Shown here: positions 11,530 to 25,727 of the stretch, piece by piece
Position numbering within the stretch: the first letter of the stretch is position 1
Layout of the letters: each line of letters starts with the position of its first letter
DNA from: Pavona decussata
Taxonomy: Eukaryota
Assembly: GCA_977016875.1 (NCBI GenBank)
Contig: CDRNST010000013.1
Coordinates: 868,001 to 932,000, forward strand
DNA length: 64,000 nucleotides
Reading direction: 5' to 3'
Notes under the pieces: model-generated
Told to the model about the DNA's origin: nothing
What the model saw: only the letters and a program-made list of their open reading frames with translations
Database searches by the model: none
Program-made: the position numbers and the translations under genes

Positions 11530-13270
11530 CAAGGTCTGAGATCGTGACTTAGACAAGGTGCGTAGCCATATCAAATCTTTTCCACGGCTGGCATCACATT
11601 ATTCTAGAAAGGAAAATAGCAAGAAGCATTTCCTAAAAGGTTTAAATGTACAGAGAATGTACAACCTTTATTTAGAGAAATATGAGCTAAGGGTGTTTCA
11701 GAATATGAACGATCTCACAACTGCGAGCATTGAGCAAGCAAACCCCCCCCCCCCCCCAAAAAAAAAGAAATTAAAGCCTAAGGTGACCTATTGACGCTAC
11801 CTGCAGGTATTCAACACCGAGTTCAATTTCGGCTTTGAGAGGCCAAGATCAGATACCTGTGTTCGCAGTGAACAGTTGAACCTTAAAACCAGTGCCTCAG
11901 AGAATATGGCTACCATTGAAGAGGCTAAGGAGGAGCTTCGCCTCCATCAAAGTCAAGCCAATCAGGGGTACAAGAGGAAGGGAAATGATTGCGCAAGAGC
12001 AAAGAAAAGTTGGAAAAGAAAAAGGCGGATTGTACATGACGAGGTTACCTACAAGTCGGTTAATACCACTGACATGATCACTTTTGACCTTCAACAAAAC
12101 GTACCAACTCCAAATTTAAAGCACAATGACATTTTCTATCTACACCAGCTTTGGACATAAAACTTTGGTATACATGATTGTGTCAGTGGCCAGGGTTATA
12201 TGTTTATGTGGCATGAAGCCATGGCCAAACGGGGAAGCTCTGAAATAGCCTCCTGCTTATCCACCTTTTTCAAGCGGTACCGCACCAGGGCCCACGCATT
12301 TGTTAGCTATTCAGATGGGTGTGGTGGGCAAAACAAAAATTTAACTATCATTGGCCTTCTTAGCGAACTACACATTGCAGGGATTTATGAGGTTGTCGAT
12401 AACCTCTACTTGGAAAGAGGTCATACCTTCTTACAAAATGATCAAGACTTTGCCATTATTGAGAAACGAAAAGCGTCTATGGAAGTGAACGTCCCTAGAG
12501 ATTGGTTCGATATTGTTAGGGAGTCAAGTATCACCAAGCCTTTTCAAGGTGTTGAAATGGAACAAGATGAGTTTTTTGGCCATAAGGAGGCGATTGCTAG
12601 GACATCGAGAAGTAGTGCCATTACTTATATTCCTAACCGAAGCAGAACTCTTACTTATCAACGTTCATTTTTCATACGCGCGTGCCGTACATGGAACGTT
12701 CTTCCCACTGAGCTGCGCACAAGTCACCTCTCTTTAGCTTTATTCAAAACTTTGTTACTTCAATATTATAAAAAGGCTTTGAACTTGTACGACGCTGACG
12801 ACATTAGAACTTGGAGAACAATCTGTCCTAGGTGTAACACAGCGAGGTCTCTCCTATGCTCGCCAATGTGCTGCTTCTAGCAATTTGGTCTCCCGCCTTG
12901 TCTCCTCTAGTTTTATGCTTACATATTAGTAGTTTTAGTTATTAAGCATTTTTTTTTATATAAATAATTAACAAGGGATCCGCTGTAATTGGCTACGCTG
13001 TAGTGGTTTCCCTGCCTAACTATTATATCTTTGGTATTTTCTTTTTTTGTTTCTATTGTTTGTTTCCATTCTGTTTCTATTTTAGTTAGGCGAAGCTAAA
13101 TAAATAAATAAATAAATAAATAAATAGATACGCATTAAAGATGAAGGACGTGAACAACCAGAAAGTTCTCCTCAGGGAAATTCATTGGCTTAACTTCTGC
13201 TGGGGTAAAGAGAAGACAGCAGAAGGGAATGCTGCCATTGTGCATCACCCAAATGAGGTGTTGATGTGAA
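11530..13270 (+). pseudogene. Sola1-type transposase fragment, interrupted by a LINE 3' end
   Basis: HIKSFPRLASHYSR, RPRSDTC, FDLQQNVPTP, WHEAMAKRGSSEIASC, SDGCGGQNKN and GHTFLQNDQDFAIIEKR. The frame resumes after 13127 as ..RYALKMKD..IHWLNF..HHPNEV. No TIRs found. Confidence 0.8.
12601..13124 (+). mobile_element. LINE 3'-end fragment with (TAAA)n tail
   Basis: YQRSFFIRACRTWNVLP...WRTICPRC C-terminus, then a 3' UTR and (TAAA)n at 13097-13124. TAG on both sides (12598-12600 and 13125-13127). Confidence 0.8.
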
Positions 13271-13284
13271 ATTCTTTTTCGAGG

Positions 13285-13756
13285 CCTTTACCTGTATTTT
13301 CCAGAGGTTGGCAGCTGAAAGCCTCCTTGACAAACTGAGATCACTGAAGAAACGCATCACGAAAGGGCAGACCACAATCACCTGCTGAAGAGAATAGCTA
13401 AGCACACTAGGGAGGGCAACAACAGTGACCTCAATTATGAGCGGTTTGATGAAGCCATGCAGAACCCCATGACAGGACTCACCAATGCTGCCTTAAACGG
13501 TTCACGGAAAGAATCAGTTCCTGATGCCGAGAAGCTGCTGTCCTTCTACGTGGCAAAATTCCTCAGGGCCAAAAACTACGATGCAGAAGCTGAGTATGTT
13601 GAAACAGTTGCTACGTGGCACGAGGCATCAGATGGGCGTGGTCTCAGTCAGCTACAGAGATGTCGACGGAACTATGGTATGCTAAACTACATCTTGGACG
13701 AATGGATACCTTGGCATCGGGATGTCTATGACCTGTCTTTACTGGACATAAACAAG
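13285..13756 (+). pseudogene. P-element-like transposase fragment (different subfamily from the one at 1-1100)
   Basis: ADHNHLLKRIAKHTR resembles the P-type DxxHLxKxxR motif, and RKESVPDAEKLLS resembles KMxVxxAxQLFS. Ends at a plausible GT donor near 13756. Confidence 0.5.
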
Positions 13757-14104
13757 TACGTTTTGTTGTGGAATTTTTTTTTTGACTACTATTACCAGTT
13801 ACTTTGTGTTTTTAAGTTTTGACAGTGTTAAGAATGTCTCTTTTTCATTAAAAAATTCGCAAAGAAGCATGTGTTAAAAAATGCCTTCCAGCGGTTTTAT
13901 GGATGCCTGATAAACAGAAGTAAGACAAATTCATGTTTTTAAAATGAAATGCCTTGTATCTTGAGTTCAGCTGAGATAAGCAAACTGGCAGCGATTGTAA
14001 ATATGATTATCATAGGGAGAGTCACACTCCAAGAAGGGACAGAAGATGTTTTTCCACTAAGGCAAGTTCGTGTGTTTAAAATGAAGTGCCTGAAATGACT
14101 GAAA

Positions 14105-16270
14105 TACTCAGTGACGCCTAAACACATACCGACTGAGGCTATTGTATCTAGTGTTGAGGCAGTTCTGTCTCGTCAGAGAAAACTATCAGAATCGGCCAAG
14201 GATAACATCAGAAGTAGAATTGCTTCTACTATACAATCATCCTCCTTAACTGACAGTAACTTGACTAAAGACGAACGACAAGCACTGAAACGACTGAAAT
14301 CTGACGAAAACATCGTCATACTCCCCGCTGACAAAGGACGAGTGACTGTTGTTATGGACAAGACAGACTACTACAACAAAACGGACACTCTAGTTAGCGA
14401 CAAACAGACATACGAAGAACTGAAACGAGACCCGACGCCATCACTTCAACATAAACTTAACAGTAAACTACTTGACCTTAAGAAAACTGACGTTATTGAC
14501 ATACAATGTTACAACAGACTGAGGTGCCGCGTACCGCAACCACCTAAACTCTACGGACTACCAAAACTACACAAACCTAACATACCCATGCGACCCATAG
14601 TCTCATTCTATGGGTCCCCGACTTACGAACTATCCAAATACTTGACTACTATACTGAAACCATTGACAAACGAATCCCGACGCAAACTACAGTCTAACGA
14701 GACCTTTATTGACGCTATCAAGATAGTACAAATACCTGACGACTACAAACTTGTGTCTTTTGATGTGTATTCCACTTCAACTGGCTCTAGGCTGTACTGC
14801 TGCTGCCATCGAGAACTCCACGACAAAACTGCCACTGCCTACAGATGACTTAGTGGACTTACTGAACCTCTGCTTAACGTCTCCGACTTCCAGTACAACG
14901 GAAAGCACTACAAACAGTTACACGGAACACCTATGGGCTCACCAGTTTCTGTAGCTGTAGCAGAAATTGTCATGCAGAACATCAAGGAACAAGCCCTAGC
15001 AACCTACAAACGGACACTACCGCTCTGGTTACGGTACATAGACGACACCTTTACAGCAGTACACAAAGACGAAATCGACGATTTTCACGAACACCTTAAC
15101 AGACAGAATGCTGACATACAGTTTACTAAGGAAATCGAAGAAAATGGTAAAATACCTTTTCTGGACTGCTTAGTTACCCGTAACAACAACGACAACAAAC
15201 TAATTACTACGGTTTACAGGAAACCAACACATACTGACAGACTACTGGACCAGTCATCCTACAACCCTACTTCTCACAAAGCAACGACTATACAGACCTT
15301 AACAAGGCGAGCACATCTGGTTTGTGACTCACCTGACAGACTCGCAGACGAAAACAACTACTTAGACAACGTTTTCAACAAGAACAACTATAACAAGGAC
15401 TTTGTTAGACGTCAAGAACACTGAACCTAACGTCACAAACAACGACGCGACTCCCGTAACTACTGTAACTATACCTTACGTGAGGGGCACTTCTGAGACT
15501 ATCGCACAGATTCTACAACCCTACAATATCCGTGTAGCTCACAAACCTATAAGCACTTTACGCAACTACTGATGAAAGTAAAGGACGAAGACGAACCGAA
15601 CCGCAGACAGGGAGCAGTTTACAAGATCAAATGCTGCGACTGCCAGGCAACTTATATTGGTGAGACCGGCAGAAATTTAAACGTACGACTGACTGAACAC
15701 AAACGAGCAACCAGAAATGGTGATATCAACGATCACATTGCTGAGCACCATTTACAAACGAACCACAGAATCGACTGGGACTGTGCCAAGTGCATTACCT
15801 ACAGTACAAATTACTATCAACGACTCACGCTGGTTTACTAACTTAGAACAAACGCCACGCGACCGTTGCCTACAACTACCTTCACCATACAAACGACTTA
15901 TTGACAACAACAATGAAACAGACAAACAATAGACATTTTACTAACAATAGATCCACAGACTTTTTGACTAACAAAAGACAGATCGAAACATACCAATCAC
16001 TTTTTACAATCTTCACAGCCAATAACATCACCGCTAACTGACAAACCACCAATAACATCTGGACTTCGTTGACCAATCAGGTTAACAACCAGAGACATAT
16101 ATACCACCTACTGACGTTCCACAATTCACTTGACTCTGAAGATGACTTCCGCTCAGGTTGTCGAAACATCAGTCAAAGTCACCACAAACAGTCCTTCTCA
16201 GGACTACACTCACCCGGATGATCATAATTTACGTACTTATGACATGACTCCTGGGTTCAAACCATTTACA
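14105..16270 (+). mobile_element. Penelope-like retroelement (RT + GIY-YIG endonuclease), 5'-truncated and frameshifted
   Basis: ILPADKGR, LYGLPKLHK..MRPIVS, SFDV, MGSPVS, RYIDDTF, FLDC and VYRKPTHTD. GIY-YIG motif GAVYKIKCCDCQATYIGETGR..RLTEH. Terminal repeat region carries a hammerhead motif. Confidence 0.93.
16130..16176 (+). ncRNA. Minimal type I hammerhead ribozyme of the Penelope terminal repeat
   Basis: Stem I TTGACT/AGTCAA, core CTGAAGA (16136-16142), stem II GAC..GTC, GAAAC (16163-16167) and cleavage triplet ATC (16168-16170). Minimal hammerheads are an established feature of Penelope-like elements. Confidence 0.7.
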
Positions 16271-19200
16271 ATACGAACAATATCTCTTCTATAGGATCGA
16301 GAAGAGGGCTTATCCAGGTTTATTGAATAAATTAATATGTCAATTTGTGACTACACTGAAAAAAAGGCAACCCGGGTAACATGTTCGTAGCTATTAAACT
16401 TATGGCGATAGCTTATTACAGCTTATAGCCCGTATACTAGGTGGCACACTAGCTGTCATGTAACATGCATTGTCCATGGGTGTGGTCCATGTATGCATAG
16501 AATTGGTGTTATTTCTTGATGGAAATGTATGTTTATTTGAAGTTGAGTTGTACTTTTTAGAGATATTAATTAGTATTTCTTTTTAAAGGTGAAAGCCATT
16601 TATTAATTCTGGGCATTCAGAATAAAGATTTCTTACATGTACATCTACATTTTCTGGCGATCATGCAAGTTCTCTAAGTTGTTTTTAGAGTGGCATAAAA
16701 TGAGGAAGAAATATATACCATTACAGCAGTAAACTGGTTTTTGTCATCATCCCCACTTCCTCCTTATTTACAGGTTAATTAAAAACAAAATTAATAAATT
16801 ACCAGTAAAAAGGATTTGCTTTGTTAATCATAATTATTAGCAGTCACTGTCACTATTGTTTATTTTGAAAAATACAATCTTTATATTAACAAGTGTAAAC
16901 TGGGTTTTCAGAAATGCAGAGCATACTGGTTTCATTAAACTTAGATCTAACATACCAATCCCCTGGTCACTGACATCACTGGCATCAACACCAGTATCCT
17001 GTTCTGCATTCTAAAACAAGGAATATCAGAAATAGAAAATTTAGCCAATCACACGTATAATGGAGGTATATAGCAGCAGACATTTCTCAACAATTGGTAG
17101 TTTATAGTGCATGGTGGCTAGTATCATGGCTAGTTTTATCACACTTAAGGTTTATTTAAGGTTCTATTTGAAACATTGTCTTTATGAGTAGGGGTATTTT
17201 ATTTCAAAAATGTCAGTTGACTGGCTGCTGCTCAATCCAGTACCCTCATCACAATGAGAATCAAGTTTTGCAAGGTTTAATCACGTGACAAGAGGTAAAA
17301 AGGTATAAAAATGGATATGGAATTTTTCTACCTCCAACACAAGAATCAAATTTATTTTCTGTTGCTATCTTTAAGTTTATTCCTATCAGGATGAGATGGT
17401 TTTGGCATTTAAAAAATTATATATACTCATGTATGTGAAAGCAACAGTGGCCTGGCTTTTCTGGCAAAGTAATAAAATAGAAAAAAGATTTATGAATGTA
17501 CAATAAGATTATGGAATGGATGTTGTTTTAAAACAACAATAAGTATAACGAATGGAGAGTACATTGTATGTAGCACCTAGGCTTTTTGCTACTCTCCCCA
17601 GATGGGATGCTAGTCCATCCCATTCTTATAATTTCTACAACTGGGTGGAGGGAGAGAATGCAGAGCTAATGTTGTCATTACGGGTCAACATCATGACTGG
17701 TATGCCATCTCCATTGTGCCTCCACACAAGACAGAGTATATATTGCATTAACATTGCGGCGTTTACCTTCCTGTCATTTAACAAAGATTTTCGGAACTCC
17801 TCATCTTGTTTCTTTCTCATGTTCTTTCTCTCCCTGACAAAATGGATGTTTCATTTTACAGAAGATGTAATTAACGAAGACTCAGTTTCATTAAATGATT
17901 AAGTTTGGTACTTCAACTTACTAAACGTTTATCAAAGGGTGGGAGAAGATGAATACATGAACATATTAACCTCGTAGAAGCCCTGCCAAGTTCTGACCAT
18001 ACTGTACAATTGCAGTACACCAGAGTTTACACATTATTGAAAGTAGATAAGGGATAGGCGAGAGAAGAGGAGTAACAAACTAACAGCTTATAGAAGATGT
18101 GATATGTTCTGAACATATTACACAATTTATCATGTATGTTGGCATCTCCAGAATGTAAACACTCATTTTTGTTGGTGATGCCACAAATCTTACAGTGCAA
18201 CAACTTCAACCGGGGCCACCCAAGGTTTTTCAACCAATCACAAGCCGGTTCGTTAGCAAAGAATTTCGACTTTGTGGTTTTAAAAGCCAATCAGATTCAT
18301 TCATAAATTTGGGAATTCCTAAATTTTGGTGGGAACAGACGCGACAGATCCTAAAATACACTTATCCTGAAGTGACGGCGACCCAACTTCGGGATTTACT
18401 GGCCAGTCCAAATTTATAAACAATATTTGAAAACAAGAAATGGCCTTTATTCCAACCAACAAACTTCATAAAAATACGGAAGCCGAAAAACGTGGATCTA
18501 AAGGGCAATTCGCAACGAATACAATTATCCAATTTCACATCTGTTTGTAGAGCTTCGCTACTATATTGCTGTAAATACGGCTGATAAATTGTCAGTCAAA
18601 CTTTTCCCAGCGACCAAATATTCGCCCGTTTAAAGTTAAAGTTAAACAGACATTTGAACACAACACCTGGGAATTGTGTATTCCCCCCGATCACATGTAA
18701 ACTGTAAACTCAACATTTCAACATAACATAATGCAGTATAAATGATGCGGTCTTGCATTTACACTAGTAAGAAAGAGGAGACCTTTTTCATGTTCCAGTT
18801 GCTAAATTCTATGCAGCTAAATACTTAAAACACATTCTACTTCCACATTTAACTTACTGGAATAGCGCTCAACCAGGACTGGTCGTGCACATGCTGGTGC
18901 CAGGACAAAAATGTCCGTTTTCTGGCTGTTTGAACCAAATTTATCAGTCACTGCAAAAGATAAAAATTGTCACCAAAAGTATGTAAATGTAAAACTCAAG
19001 TATCATTCCAAAGCAAAATGATCTCCTTTTAAAAACATTTTTACTAGTAACTGAAGTATTCTAAAAAATAAACATGGATGGATGATATTGCTGATTTACT
19101 CCCATTGATAAATTTTAGGACACTGAATTTTGTTCTGCTAGGGAATATGCTTTCAATGTGACCATATAAGAGACTGCCAAGGAATGTCCATAATCTAACT

Positions 19201-19913
19201 ACTTGTGATGTACGGCTGCCTCTACCCAGAAATATTCCCTGTTCGTACTAATTTCTATGGGTAAGCTGGTTGTGGCGGTGAAGGGAGGGAAAGAATAGTT
19301 CAGTGATGGAGATGTGGTAAGGAATCATACGAATTCTCCATTCCAATTATAAAGACTTTAGGCATGTAATTTAATTAACAATATAACTGTACAAGGACAA
19401 GTAAATTCATCTCGACTATATGTAAATGTATCCTTGCCTAGCACTTTTTGTGCCTGATTTGGCAATCCAAAGGTAGACTTCTTTTGCATTTCCCAACAAA
19501 CTCAGAAGTCTACAAAGTGTAAATAGAAAAAACCACGAAACAAGAAACACTGCCATGTGAAATCATGTTATCTAGGGGGAAGGCAATTGCATCATGTGCC
19601 CAGGCCCAGAGATTAAACTCACTTCTATCTGAAATAAAAAATTATGTTTAGTATTACTGTTACTAAGGAAAACATACTAAGAGTGTCAGAAAACTAATAA
19701 ACATTCCTAAACAGTCCTTGTTAGCCTACATGTATTGTATAGAACAAGGGCACCAGACAGTTTGTTTTCTTCCAGTTTGTTTTCTTGACAGAGATACTAA
19801 TGATTATTTAATGATTTAATTATTTATGTATTTTATAATTAATATATTATTAGTATCTGTTCATCAAGATCAAAATCACCTCATTAAGACAGTTTTCATA
19901 TTAAATGTAGCAG

Positions 19914-20088
19914 CTATATAGTAATGTATTCATTATCATCTTCTGCTATGAGCTTGACCCTCTCATTAACTTCGATGCGTTTAGCATCGACGTTGATATC
20001 TTCTCTGTAGACTATACCCGAGAGACCAATGCTTGAGTTAGGAAACTTGCTCTTCACCTTCAATACAAGGCTCTTGAAATGAAAATCT
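19914..20088 (-). pseudogene. Possible LINE ORF1 esterase-like fragment
   Basis: KVKSKFPNSSIGLSGIVYREDI...IEVNERVK resembles the C-terminal half of the SGNH-type domain in CR1-group ORF1 proteins. The match is short. Confidence 0.4.
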
Positions 20089-20797
20089 ACGGTGGCAAAC
20101 ACACATTGATAAATTATCTAAAAAGATTGCTTCCGGAATAGGAGCAATAAAAAGAATTAGACCTTTTGTCCCTCCACCTACCCTTCATTATATATACAAC
20201 GCATTAATTCAATCTCATTTCGATTATTGCAATCTTGTCTGGGGTAATTGTGGTAAAACATTATTTGACAGGCTACAGAAGCTTCAGAACCGTGCCGCTC
20301 GCGTTTTAACCTTCTCTAGCTATGATGCTGATGCTAACCGTTTAATTAGACAACTTGATTGGAAAGATTTGAGCACTCAATTTCAAATACAGAAATCCAT
20401 AATGGTATACAAGTCTCTAAATGGTCTTGTTCCTGAATATTTATCATCTAAATTTGTTAAACGAAATGAAACGCGTTACTCCCTGAGGGACTCTGTTAAC
20501 AAACTATTTGTCCCGTTTCCGCGAACTAATTTCATGAAAAACAGCTTTTCTTATAGCGGAGCAGTTCTCTGGAACAGCCTACCCTGTCATGTGAGAGAAG
20601 CTGAATCTCTTAGTCAATTTAAAAGATTAGTTAATATTCATTTTTAATGTTACACACGGCATTCATGAAAAACAGGTTTTAGTTAGATTAGTTGTAGTCA
20701 GGTTTTGAATTTTGTTTAGGATAGTTAGGTTATTTCTAATTTTTATACTCCTGATGGATTTTACCGTGTTTAAATAAAGATTTATTGATTATTATTG
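20089..20797 (+). mobile_element. CR1/L2-group LINE 3' fragment
   Basis: WQTHIDKLSKKIASGIGAIKRIR..FDYCNLVWGNC..LQKLQNRAAR..SFSYSGAVLWNSLP, followed by AATAAA and a short (ATT)n tail. Confidence 0.88.
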
Positions 20798-23700
20798 ATG
20801 TTAAGTCTATCAAAGAAACTTAATGCAAAGAGTCTGCATGCACTGAATTTACCTTCGCACAGGGTTGAGGTCATCTCCCTCTTTGAGCACGACACAGACC
20901 ATCATGCATTCGTCAGCCTTCCCTTGCTGGCACATCTGTTTATAATTTGTAAACAAGTACGAAAAAAGGTTAAACAATCCAATGTTACATGTGATTTAAA
21001 CACTTCTATTTAATGGCTGCCTATGCTGTTTGGAAGTGTGGGCCTACAATTAATAGACCTATATGTGTAGCCTTACACTCACTGAGTCAGAAAGATGTAT
21101 GATATTACCCATTACATAATGTACTGGTATTGAACCATGCATATAGCTAAACTCATATGACAAACGCAGACATTTATAGTGGAGTATTATTACACAAACC
21201 TCGTCAAATGAGAGATTCAACAACACTGGCAAAGGTTTGTAAACATTGCCATCCATTAGTTCCCTTTCACACATGATAACTTCCTGGACTCTGTCCATTT
21301 TACTGAGTGACACTGGAGCAGATAACCAACATTGAGAACCATGTTATACATGTATAAACCATTACCATTGACGCTATAAAACACATATTCACCCAATCTG
21401 TTGAAAGTTTTTTCATATCTCTCAGACCAAGCTTAAGTGAACATTGGCATAACATGGTTAACCCAACTTAACTCATTCCAAACTCTTTCCTCTTAAGTTA
21501 AAGTTCGCCAGCCAGGGACGGCAACCAGAAGTCGAATGTTTCCTTTCTTTTGGCGCATTTTTGCTCCTCATAACAAACGGGAAAAGCTCTTGTTGGAGGT
21601 CTGTAACTTGACATTACGGCTTAAGCTCCCTACAATCAGGCGTAGGACATTAAAAACTAATGTAGTAGCTGATTATTACAAAATTATTCCTATTTTCGTA
21701 TTTAGATCTATGAATTAATTAGTATTCTCCTTCCTCATCTTATTAATCATTGTTTTCTAATATTTAATCTATACCTTTTAAATTTAACATACATTTTCCT
21801 TTTGTTACATCTGTGATGCCAAGTGGACTAGGGTCCTCTTCCAACACCCCAGCTAAAAGTTGATTGGATTTAAACGATGAATAACTGGAACTTTTACTGG
21901 AACTGGAACTTAGTTTGAATAAAAACATAATGAAATAGTGTACTATTTGAAAGGAATGTATGATTTCAAGTGTACACATGTTTGAGTCTAATTTTGCTTA
22001 CCTTTACATGTTTCAGGAGGTTCTTTAATAGCTGAGGGATGATCTACACAGTATGCTGAAAGAGAAAACAACGACAGTTAGAAAAAATAAGTACTGCATT
22101 CATTCGATTAACGGCGCTGAGTGCTTATTTAATTATGTGCCCACGAGGGTGGATGCTTATTCAGGGGGTGAATAAGCAAGCCAGGACATTTTTAGAGAAT
22201 AGGAGAAAAGGGATATAAAAAGTTTAGTTATAAAGTACAAAAGCTAACATGGGCAATTAATCGAATAACTACGGTATTTTTAGTTCATGTCATTAAATAG
22301 AATTGTTTCCATTCCTATACTAACCATACATGTGCATGTTCTACTGAAATGTAACCATTGGGCAGGTATTACTTTCAACAATCTCCAATTATTAATTAGC
22401 ACACCTTGATTTTAACCTTAATTTCAACCACTTGCACAGAGAAACCTTATTTAAGTACAAATAACCCTGTACCAAAACACTTGCAATTAAATAACACAAG
22501 ATACCTGGCTCAATCTCGACAATACTGACACCCAATGGACTGTGAAGCAAATCATTATCTGTTGATATTACCAGAAAACAACAATCAAAACGACTACGTA
22601 TTTAAGTTTTCCAAAAGGCAAAATATAGCATTTATAACAGCCTTAGAGAAATAGTCAAAACCATTATCCTGAGACAGAGACCCCAACCTGAGCTCACTCT
22701 TCTTTTCTGGCTTTTCCCTTACAACCCCCACTATATCAGGAGTCACGGAAAGTGAAAAAAAGATCCAAATTTCCTTGACATTTTTACTAGTAATACAAGA
22801 TCCTAAAATCGGATATTCGGTACATCGGAAATGAAAGAAATTTTGATGCAAAGAATCATTTATTTAAAGTGCCTATGAACCGAAAATTGTTTCCATTTAG
22901 TTTTAAAGTTTACCTTCAAAAATACAGGTTACCAAAGTTTGAGAACTGTAGACTTAAAAATGACGATTTTACAAGCCTTTAAAGTCGTACTATTTTACTC
23001 TCAAAAATGGTATTTGAATCGCGCGGCCAAAATACCACATGATATCAACCTCTGACGTCACTTTGTTGCCAAATTCGTTCCCGCAATATGGAGGAAAAGA
23101 AGCAGCGAGGGCGGTATTGCGTTGCTGGTACGCCAAACCAGCAAAGCTGCCAAAACAGATCGTTTACCACGGGTAGACGAATGTACCAATTTCCTGCTGA
23201 TCCAGCTGTGAGGGCCAAATGATCCAGTTTGTCCATAGACATAGGCATGATTTCAAGAACCCGACGTCAAAATACACTTCACTCTGTTCGGCTCATTTCG
23301 AGGATTCGTGTTATGAACGCAGTTTATCCGTTCTAAGCAGCATGGAGGCTGCAGGGATGAAAGTAAAGTATTGCCTGAAAAAGGACGCGATCCCAACGAG
23401 GGATACTACCACTCTACCAGGTCGAGAAGAACTTAGCAAGCGAAGTAAATGACAGGTGAGACAAGTTTTATGCTTCTGTTTTTACACCTCATGGTCATTG
23501 TTTCATGACCTTCTCTCCGATCGCCGTCGCCGATATTGTTGCGAGAATGGTTTTTGTTTTGATAAATGATTCTGACTTAAACATTGTAAGAATTAATTCC
23601 CAAAATGATGCTTATACAACCAATACAGGTTTTTTAATCTTTATACATGTGTAAACTTAAGCTTCACTCAAATAATCGATGTTGTGAAATTACATGCATA

Positions 23701-25675
23701 ATAATAGTTTGATTTTCCTCGTGGTTTTGGTGAAGGTGAAGGTTTATTATAGGGTATTTATTTTGAAGAAAGGACTTAGAATGTAAGTCTTACATAGTGA
23801 TACATGTACTTCTGCGTTTAAACAGATGAAATTTTCAGAATCAATTTTTAATCCACGATTTGCGAATACATGTATGACATTACAAACTATTCGTTGTATT
23901 TCTTTTAGCTGAAACATGATGACTACAGCCTGTGTGTGTATCAAGCAGACCAGAAAAACGAAGAAAAGTAACATCCCCAGAGCGTAGTACATGCACCACA
24001 CCACTGTGTCCCGAGAGTACAACAGCACCACGTTCTGAGGGCACTGTAGTATCATGTTCAGAGAGACAAGAGTTGCATTTCTCAACCCCCTCTCAAGGTG
24101 TGGAATGTGAAGATACCCATTCAAACGTTGATGATGAGATACCCATTAGCACACCATCATCGTCTAATTTTGTGATGGGTATATCGACTAGAGTTGCAAG
24201 CACACCACTTTCATCAGCCCAAAGCTGTAAAGGGTGTGCCAATTATCAATCAAGGTGCCACAATTTAAGGAGAGTGAATGGTCGGCTGAAATCAAAAGTG
24301 TCCAATTTGCAAATGGAAGTGTCCAGTCTGAAGAAGAGCATCAAAGAGCTAGAACATGTGAGTTTTGGTGAACTTTTGCCTCAGTTTTACTTGTTGTTTT
24401 TTTTAAGAAGCCAAGTAGGATGTACATGTAATACTACAAGTGCTAGTACAGTGTACTATTCCTATGACAACGGCCACTACCACCGAGTGCTGTCACTGCT
24501 ACTGCTACTATTACTACAATGGAACAATTGAAAGAACACGAGAACATGTTTCATATCTTAGACACATATCCTTTATATGAAATCTAACTACTGGGTAGTT
24601 CCCTCAAACAATGTACACTAAGATAAAGAAACTGCCCCCTGCAACTGATATATCTTGTTTTGTTTTAGTTGTAGTACATGCCAGACAATGAACTTGAAAC
24701 AGATAATGAAACTGAAGAACAGGAAAGTCCCAGACCAAATAACTCAGCAGAAAACTATGTCTGGACCAGTACTGGAACAGAATCTGAAGATGAGGGCAGC
24801 AATGGGGAGGACGATTGGCACCCAGCTGGGGAAACAACAGAGGAGGAGAGTGGTACTGAGGATCAGGAGGACATTTCGGAAAATCAAAATCACATCTAGT
24901 AAGAGTGCTGTGATTTTAATATTGTATTTGATCCTTATACCCCAAAGCAAATAGTCTTCTTTGTTTTGAATTAAAAATATCAATTGGATAATAATAAAAG
25001 GTCTTTGATAGTTCAGTTCATAACAATGCGTAAATACCTTATTTTGCAAATTCCCTCTCATGCTAATTTGTTCCGTATGAATATTATCTATATTTATATA
25101 CCTGTATTATTATTATTACAATTATGCTGATTATTATTGATTTTCAGTAATGTGGCATAGGCTATTTTCTTATTGCAATTTTTTTTTCAGCATTGATCCA
25201 AATGCCTCAGACTACTTCTACAACCAGCCAAAATTTATTGTATTTTATGAGATGCTCTTGAAGATTTTCCTGCTATCCTGCTTCAACTGCAAAGCAGCAA
25301 ATCCCCGAGTTAGCATGCGACAAAATGGCACAATGGTGACAGTAAAGCAACAGTGCTCAAAATGTATTAAGTACTATGTGTGGAATTCACAAAGTTACAT
25401 GCCACATGGAAAATACCCAGCAGGTAATTAAAGGGATTGTGTACTTCCTTAAAATATCCATACACAGTACTCCCCCAATGGAGGGCAATTTTTGTAAGTA
25501 TTCCCGCCCATATGGAAATTCCAATACAACTCCACACATTTCTTCCAATGTTTGGTTTTGACAACCCACACCCCCAGGAATTCCTGTTCTTTATATTTGG
25601 GGAGGGGAGATTGTAACTACACATTATTACTTTTTCTAGATATTTTCAGTCATTGTCATCATCATCATTGTCATC

Positions 25676-25676
<1 letters not shown>

Positions 25677-25727
<51 letters not shown>

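Noticed and set aside
12200-12880. 226-aa ORF that looks like a novel transposase with a Cys-rich tail
   Set aside because: Chance in-frame fusion of Sola1 sequence to an inserted LINE 3' end at 12601. The real transposase frame resumes after 13127.
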